Positions 59,102 through 64,000 of a stretch of DNA of 64,000 bases are shown piece by piece. How positions within the stretch are numbered: the stretch's first letter is position 1; the number at the start of each line of letters is the position of its first letter. This DNA comes from Oceanispirochaeta sp. (GTDB lineage: Bacteria > Spirochaetota > Spirochaetia > DSM-2461). The notes beneath the pieces are model-generated. The model made no database searches. It worked only from the letters and a program-made list of their open reading frames with translations, and was not told the DNA's origin. The position numbers were made by a program, and so were the translations under genes. Where the stretch lies: the NCBI GenBank assembly GCA_963666275.2, contig CAXXOA010000001.1, forward strand, positions 544,001-608,000, given 5' to 3'.

Positions 59102-61360
59102 CTAAGAATTAGTTTTTCCCAGTGTTTGGTGTAATTCAGAAACAATCTTTTTGATTGTCTCCTCAGGAGTCTTTCTCTTTTTTATACAAGAATTTATGTG
59201 ACGTCCCATGATTTTTTCAAATTGCCGTTCACTCAAATTTTCTCCCAGGGACTTGGGGATTATTCTTTTACGACTTTTATGAAAACTTTCCAGGGATTTT
59301 TCAAGCCATGGATAAATAAAATTCAGCTCTGAAGATTTGTAAAGATAGTTGGATGGATTGGATCCGCCCAGGATCATGTATGGAATAGCTGTTTCTTTAC
59401 TGGATATCCATTTCAGAAACTGAAATCCCAGTTCCGTATGTTTGGATTCAGGCTGAATACCTAAAGACCAGCCACCCATGAGTGATGTCTCTCCCGGAAG
59501 AATTTCATAGCCAATTCTTCCGACAATATTCGAGTGCTGCCTGTTCGTCAGTGTTGTGGCGTGAGCGACAAATAAAACCATCATAGCTGCTTCTCCGGAA
59601 GAGAAGATTTCAACTTGCTCCTTCCACCAGTAATCAGCAGATCCTTCCGGAGCATATTGGTAGCTTTCGCAATAATTCCTTATTCCTTTGAGTGTGGGGT
59701 CTCTGTCAAGAATGATATTGCCTTTGGAATCGAAGACATCACCACCGAATCCCCAAATCCTCGGCAATACTTCGCAGACTGCACCGGAAGAGTCCTGACC
59801 ACCCAGAGTTGTGCCGTAGGTAACTGGTGATTCAGGATTATATTTTCTGGTGAAGAATCTGGCTATCGCATTGAACTCACTCCAGTTACGCGGCGGCTGA
59901 AGTTCCTCTTTATAATAACTGTAATAACTGTTTTGCAGAGCTTTATCTTCAAACAGGTCTTTTCTGTAAAATAAAAGCTGAGATCCGAAAATAAAAGGGA
60001 TAGCATGATAGGAGCCGTTTACAAGGGCATAATTTTCCAGAGATCCGGGAATACTCCTCTGATCAATTTCTTCCATATCCAACAGGAAATTATTTAAGTC
60101 CATAAGTTTTCCTTTTTGAACAGATTCTTCCAGCCAGGGGAGATCTATTTGGAGTATATCAAATTCGGTGGATCCACTTCCCATTACGGTATCGTAAAGT
60201 TCATCATATGAGTATTCGTACAAATCGGTACGGCAATTATGCTTCAGTTCAAAGTCTTTGATTATGGAAAATAGCGCTTTGGAAAACTGATCTTCCAGCA
60301 TTGCCAGCTTCAGTACTGGCTTCTGGGATTTACTGCTTTGAGTAGGAAGTTCTATTTCATTGTGATAAGTGATGGAATTGTCAAGATAGAGTTTTTTTTC
60401 TTCGAAAAATACCGGATTTTCCAGATTTTCAAGGATATTTTCGGCCGCTTTTTCACCAGCAGTTATCGACCTGCGGAATACGTTTATTTTCTTTTTTTCT
60501 TCGGCTATCCAGGTTTCGTCTCCGAAATCTATAATTTCCGGTATAATAGAGAGATAACCCGCTGTATATTCTAGCGCTTTTTCCGTACTGACTGCTAGCG
60601 GTTTGGAAGTACAGATAACCACTTCCGGAATGAAGGAAGACTGGAACAATTCAACAGCTCCCCGGAAACCACTCTCTTTGTTATTATCAGTAATAATAAT
60701 ATGCGGGGGAGATTGGGTGTTATATTTATAGTGATCCTCAATGAAGCCATTCAAGCAGTCTCCTTCTGAACTGAACTCACTGGGGCCGCAGATAAGAGAA
60801 AAATTCTTCTTACCCAGTTTTCTATAAAAATGAAGTATCTCAATTATGGTATCTTTATTTCTATATCCTATAAAACTATACTTATGAAAATTGTTACCAA
60901 TTCCCTTTAACTTGATGTCCCTTTCGAGTAGGCAGACGGGAAGGTCTTCCTTTAATTCCCGTATTTTACTCATACTGGCTACGGGACTGCAAAGACAGGC
61001 AATAATTCCATCTACCCGCTGCTGCATAACCATTTCAATCAGGTCTAGCTCTTTTTTGGGATTTTCATTTGTTATGTATAAACTTACAAAATAGCCGGAT
61101 TCGCTAAGGGTTTTTTCAATGCCATTGAAAACCAGAGCATAATGCTGGTCTGTAACAAAGGGAAGTATAACAGCTATATTCATGGACTTTTTTGTTTTCA
61201 AGTTCCTTGCAGCTGCTGTAGGAACATAACCGAGCTCTTTTATGGCATTCTGTATTTTATCTACTTTGTCTTTACTTACGCGAACATTCCCGTTCAGAAC
61301 ATTAGACACGGTACCATGAGAAACCCCGGCTAATTTTGCAACATCTTTTATAGTCGCCAT
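59102..61360 (-). CDS. LacI-family regulator fused to a C-terminal family-1 solute-binding domain
   Basis: MATIKDVAKLAGVSHGTVSNVLN HTH and LacI core, then DILQIDLPW, LLFYRKDLFE, PRNWSEF, FSSGEAAM, GGWSLGI. Confidence 0.88.
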   Translation of the reverse strand: MATIKDVAKLAGVSHGTVSNVLNGNVRVSKDKVDKIQNAIKELGYVPTAAARNLKTKKSMNIAVILPFVTDQHYALVFNGIEKTLSESGYFVSLYITNENPKKELDLIEMVMQQRVDGIIACLCSPVASMSKIRELKEDLPVCLLERDIKLKGIGNNFHKYSFIGYRNKDTIIEILHFYRKLGKKNFSLICGPSEFSSEGDCLNGFIEDHYKYNTQSPPHIIITDNNKESGFRGAVELFQSSFIPEVVICTSKPLAVSTEKALEYTAGYLSIIPEIIDFGDETWIAEEKKKINVFRRSITAGEKAAENILENLENPVFFEEKKLYLDNSITYHNEIELPTQSSKSQKPVLKLAMLEDQFSKALFSIIKDFELKHNCRTDLYEYSYDELYDTVMGSGSTEFDILQIDLPWLEESVQKGKLMDLNNFLLDMEEIDQRSIPGSLENYALVNGSYHAIPFIFGSQLLFYRKDLFEDKALQNSYYSYYKEELQPPRNWSEFNAIARFFTRKYNPESPVTYGTTLGGQDSSGAVCEVLPRIWGFGGDVFDSKGNIILDRDPTLKGIRNYCESYQYAPEGSADYWWKEQVEIFSSGEAAMMVLFVAHATTLTNRQHSNIVGRIGYEILPGETSLMGGWSLGIQPESKHTELGFQFLKWISSKETAIPYMILGGSNPSNYLYKSSELNFIYPWLEKSLESFHKSRKRIIPKSLGENLSERQFEKIMGRHINSCIKKRKTPEETIKKIVSELHQTLGKTNS

Positions 61361-61411
61361 AATTTCCCCTTAAAAAAAGATAGAGTGATACTATCATTTT
61401 TTAGATAACTT

Positions 61412-61425
61412 TTGAAACGTACCAA
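61412..61425. promoter_or_regulatory. Second LacI-type operator (autoregulatory)
   Basis: TTGAAACGTACCAA, two mismatches to the 58982 site, 52 nt upstream of the regulator start. Confidence 0.55.
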
Positions 61426-61510
61426 TCTCAATCAATTGCGTTGAAAAAATTTTATTTCCCAAAATGAGAACTTCCCCGGGAAAACTAGAAGCCCTGCTCA
61501 GCCGGATAAT

Positions 61511-63913
61511 CTACCAGTAGGTCGCCTTTATCCGGAGGAAGACCCCGTCCACACCCCCTTCGTTCCAGGACTTGTTGTTGTAGAGCCCCGAAAGGGTATT
61601 GAACCCGGCCATGGTATAGCCTGTCATATATTCCACCCCTCTATAATCCACAATGAGCCCTGCTTCCAGCCCCGCATTCTCCTCCCAGACGCTGTTTTCC
61701 AGATCGTAAAGGGTCACTACTCCGTAGAGCTCCAGTATTTTGTAGAGGAACCCCACATCTATGCCGCCCAGATGCCTCACATCTCCCCCGTCATAGATCA
61801 CCGACTGCCAGGCCAGGCCGGGATTGAATGTGACCTCTCCCAGGGGGATCGCCCCGGAGACTCCCGATGAGAGCCGCCAGGCATTGTCCAGATGGTCCCA
61901 GACCGGATAGGTCTGAAAGTCCTCGCCCTTTGTGTATTTGATCCCTGCTGTGACCGAAAGGGAGTAGGGGGCAAAACGGTAGACGTATCCGGCTCCCGCG
62001 GCAGCTTTCAGAGCATCCCCGTTCAGGGCGGCGGCGGCTTCCATATCGAAGGTTTCCGTATCGATCCAGAGGGATCCGAACACATTGGGAACTCCCAGTT
62101 CCTCCTGATAGGTCATGACCTGTTTTGTGTCCCCTTCGTTCTCTTTTCCAATCACATCGGGAACAACAGCCAGCTGGACTCCGTAGGGTTCCAGTCCCTC
62201 CCATTTTCCGCCGATCCAGAGGGACCGGGGCGCCATATCCTGACCGAAGGCAGGTTCGATACCGGCAGAGCGGGTAACCTGCAGCCATTTGTGCACAGGG
62301 TCGGGAGCGGTATAGCCTGCGGTGATTTCAGTATCCTCATAAACCTCCTGAACCATATACAGGGCGTTCAGATAGAAGTAGGACCCGTCTATGGCTCCTT
62401 CGGAGAAGTCCTCGAAATTGACATCCTGAATTCCGAAGACCGTGAAGAGTTTCGTGTAATCGCTCAGAGAGTTCTCCACATACATATGAAGATCGTCTAT
62501 CTGATTGTAATAGCCTGCTTCCCCGTCCAGGGTTCCCCAGACCATGCGCCAGTCCAGACTGAAATCAATCTGGGTTTCCAGGCCTTTCAGCGGAACCGGC
62601 AGGGGGGTGGAGAGCTGGGGCGAGTCAGTTTTAAGGGGATCTTTCATCAGGGGAGGTTCTTCCGGAAGGAGCTCCTCGGGAGGAGGCGTGTCCGCTGTCA
62701 GGGAGGTAGGAAGAGGCTCCCAGTCTACAGAGAGAGGTTTGAAATCCCCGGATATCTCAGCCATTGTTTTGACTGCCAGGCCGCTCCGGGAGATGATTTC
62801 ACAGATCCTGCGGAAGTCCTCAGTGGGCATTTCGGTTTCCGCTGCAGAGGACTCCTCAATTTTATGAAGCACAAGAATGACAAGTTCCCCCCGGGGGGCT
62901 ACCCTGTCCAGGCGGTTCTGAAGGGTTTCGCTGTTAAAAGGCGCCGTAAGGTTCATCACTTTCAGAATATAGGGATTGGCAGGGGGATTGGCCTCGGGAT
63001 ATTCAATGATGGTCCGGGCACTCCTGAAAAAGGCGGGCAGAACCTCCAGCAGGGCGGGACTGAAGGCTCCGTTGGGATAGGAAAAGTCCGCAGCCTCCAG
63101 GCCCCTTTCGGAGAACCATGCGGCCTGATCGTAGAATATCCGGTTGAGCTCTCCCGGTTCCCTGCCGTCCATTCTGCCCAGATAGTGTCCTCCCAGGCTC
63201 CACTGATAGGTCCCTGTGAGATCCTTCAGATCCTCCAGGGTCATGTAGTTTTCCTGCCCGATCAGCTCGGGGATCAGATAGGCTGTCCCCCTGAAACCGT
63301 ATTCGGCCATAATGGGGGCGGCTTTCTGATACTGGGAAAGCCATCCGTCATCGAAGGTGATCACCACTGCCGAAGGTTCCTCCGCCATTTCCGTATAGAC
63401 AGGACCAATCTCCACAGCCGTTCCCGGAGCCTTCCCGTTGTCGTTTATCCAGAACTGAAAAGTCTTCATATGATCGAGATCCGGGGCTCCCCACTGTTTG
63501 CCCGCCGAAAAAGGAAGGGTTATTTTTGTCCACTCCCTGTCCAGAAGCTGGGTTTTATCATCGCTGACCATAAAAACAACACGGTTGGAGAAATCTTCGC
63601 TGTCGGCGGCAAAAAGCCAGAACTCTCTGAGGTTTTCCCGGTTCTCCGTTTTTACCCAGATCACCAGATTCTTCTGATTCAGGGAAAAGTCAGGAAGGTC
63701 CAGGGCTGTCATCTGAACATTCTGACCGTCTCCTGCTGTTTCAAGGCGCCATTTGTACTCCCAGGGCATCTTTGAAGATTCCACAGAAACCTTACCCGTC
63801 GGGGAGTTCAGAAAAAAGGGATGTTCCTCCTTGGGAACAAAGAGGGGCATTTTTTCGACACCGTAAAGTGAGAGTGTCTGAAGCAGCAGGAGCAGATAAA
63901 GGGAGAATTTCAT
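61511..63913 (-). CDS. Exported polysaccharide deacetylase (CE4/NodB) with Pro-rich linker and probable C-terminal outer-membrane beta-barrel
   Basis: Signal peptide MKFSLYLLLLL; VITFDDGW, FRGTAYL, FSYPNG, ILVLH; PPPEELLPEEPP linker; amphipathic strands ending FLRIKATYW; start 63913 has a GAGG RBS. Confidence 0.75.
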   Translation of the reverse strand: MKFSLYLLLLLQTLSLYGVEKMPLFVPKEEHPFFLNSPTGKVSVESSKMPWEYKWRLETAGDGQNVQMTALDLPDFSLNQKNLVIWVKTENRENLREFWLFAADSEDFSNRVVFMVSDDKTQLLDREWTKITLPFSAGKQWGAPDLDHMKTFQFWINDNGKAPGTAVEIGPVYTEMAEEPSAVVITFDDGWLSQYQKAAPIMAEYGFRGTAYLIPELIGQENYMTLEDLKDLTGTYQWSLGGHYLGRMDGREPGELNRIFYDQAAWFSERGLEAADFSYPNGAFSPALLEVLPAFFRSARTIIEYPEANPPANPYILKVMNLTAPFNSETLQNRLDRVAPRGELVILVLHKIEESSAAETEMPTEDFRRICEIISRSGLAVKTMAEISGDFKPLSVDWEPLPTSLTADTPPPEELLPEEPPLMKDPLKTDSPQLSTPLPVPLKGLETQIDFSLDWRMVWGTLDGEAGYYNQIDDLHMYVENSLSDYTKLFTVFGIQDVNFEDFSEGAIDGSYFYLNALYMVQEVYEDTEITAGYTAPDPVHKWLQVTRSAGIEPAFGQDMAPRSLWIGGKWEGLEPYGVQLAVVPDVIGKENEGDTKQVMTYQEELGVPNVFGSLWIDTETFDMEAAAALNGDALKAAAGAGYVYRFAPYSLSVTAGIKYTKGEDFQTYPVWDHLDNAWRLSSGVSGAIPLGEVTFNPGLAWQSVIYDGGDVRHLGGIDVGFLYKILELYGVVTLYDLENSVWEENAGLEAGLIVDYRGVEYMTGYTMAGFNTLSGLYNNKSWNEGGVDGVFLRIKATYW

Positions 63914-64000
63914 GGAAAACCTCGATTCATATTTGATTTCTGTTTTTGAAAAATTATAATTCACTTGAGATGAAAAGGAAAATTCTCCTGAAGGGTCTGA

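Noticed and set aside
61892..63775. 627-aa plus-strand ORF
   Set aside because: Antisense shadow of the CE4/beta-barrel gene; no motifs and atypical composition

Overview
Bacterial chromosomal window, most likely from a free-living spirochaete. This is inferred from the FANGxxE-type N-termini of the solute-binding proteins and a Borrelia BesA-like hairpin-less RND adaptor. A GC-richer backbone (recQ, RND pump, DUF4139 protein, ZTP riboswitch-glyA, speA-CASDH-nspC-speB polyamine operon, ion transporter, CE4/beta-barrel protein) is interspersed with AT-richer catabolic modules. (1) 1-12.5 kb: a Thermotoga-type inositol module (Zn dehydrogenase, sugar ABC, LacI, iolN-iolO-uxaE, EamA) with a repeated operator motif. 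(2) 14.5-20.7 kb: a polyol/sugar ABC-SDR-ROK module. (3) 27.4-37.2 kb: two TctCBA transporters with galB, galD, galC and GntR but no ring-cleavage dioxygenase. (4) 50.8-61.4 kb: a LacI-SBP fusion regulator with URO-D-like, Gfo/Idh/MocA, TIM-barrel and ABC genes. The most unusual non-coding structure is at 40.7-42.2 kb. There a RAYT-like HUH Y1 transposase is accompanied by four palindromes sharing the core GGGGNNTATMGCNATANNCCCC; one lies in frame inside the transposase, and two have tandemly amplified arms. No rRNA, tRNA or CRISPR array was seen. Family calls come from recognising motifs by eye, not from database searches.
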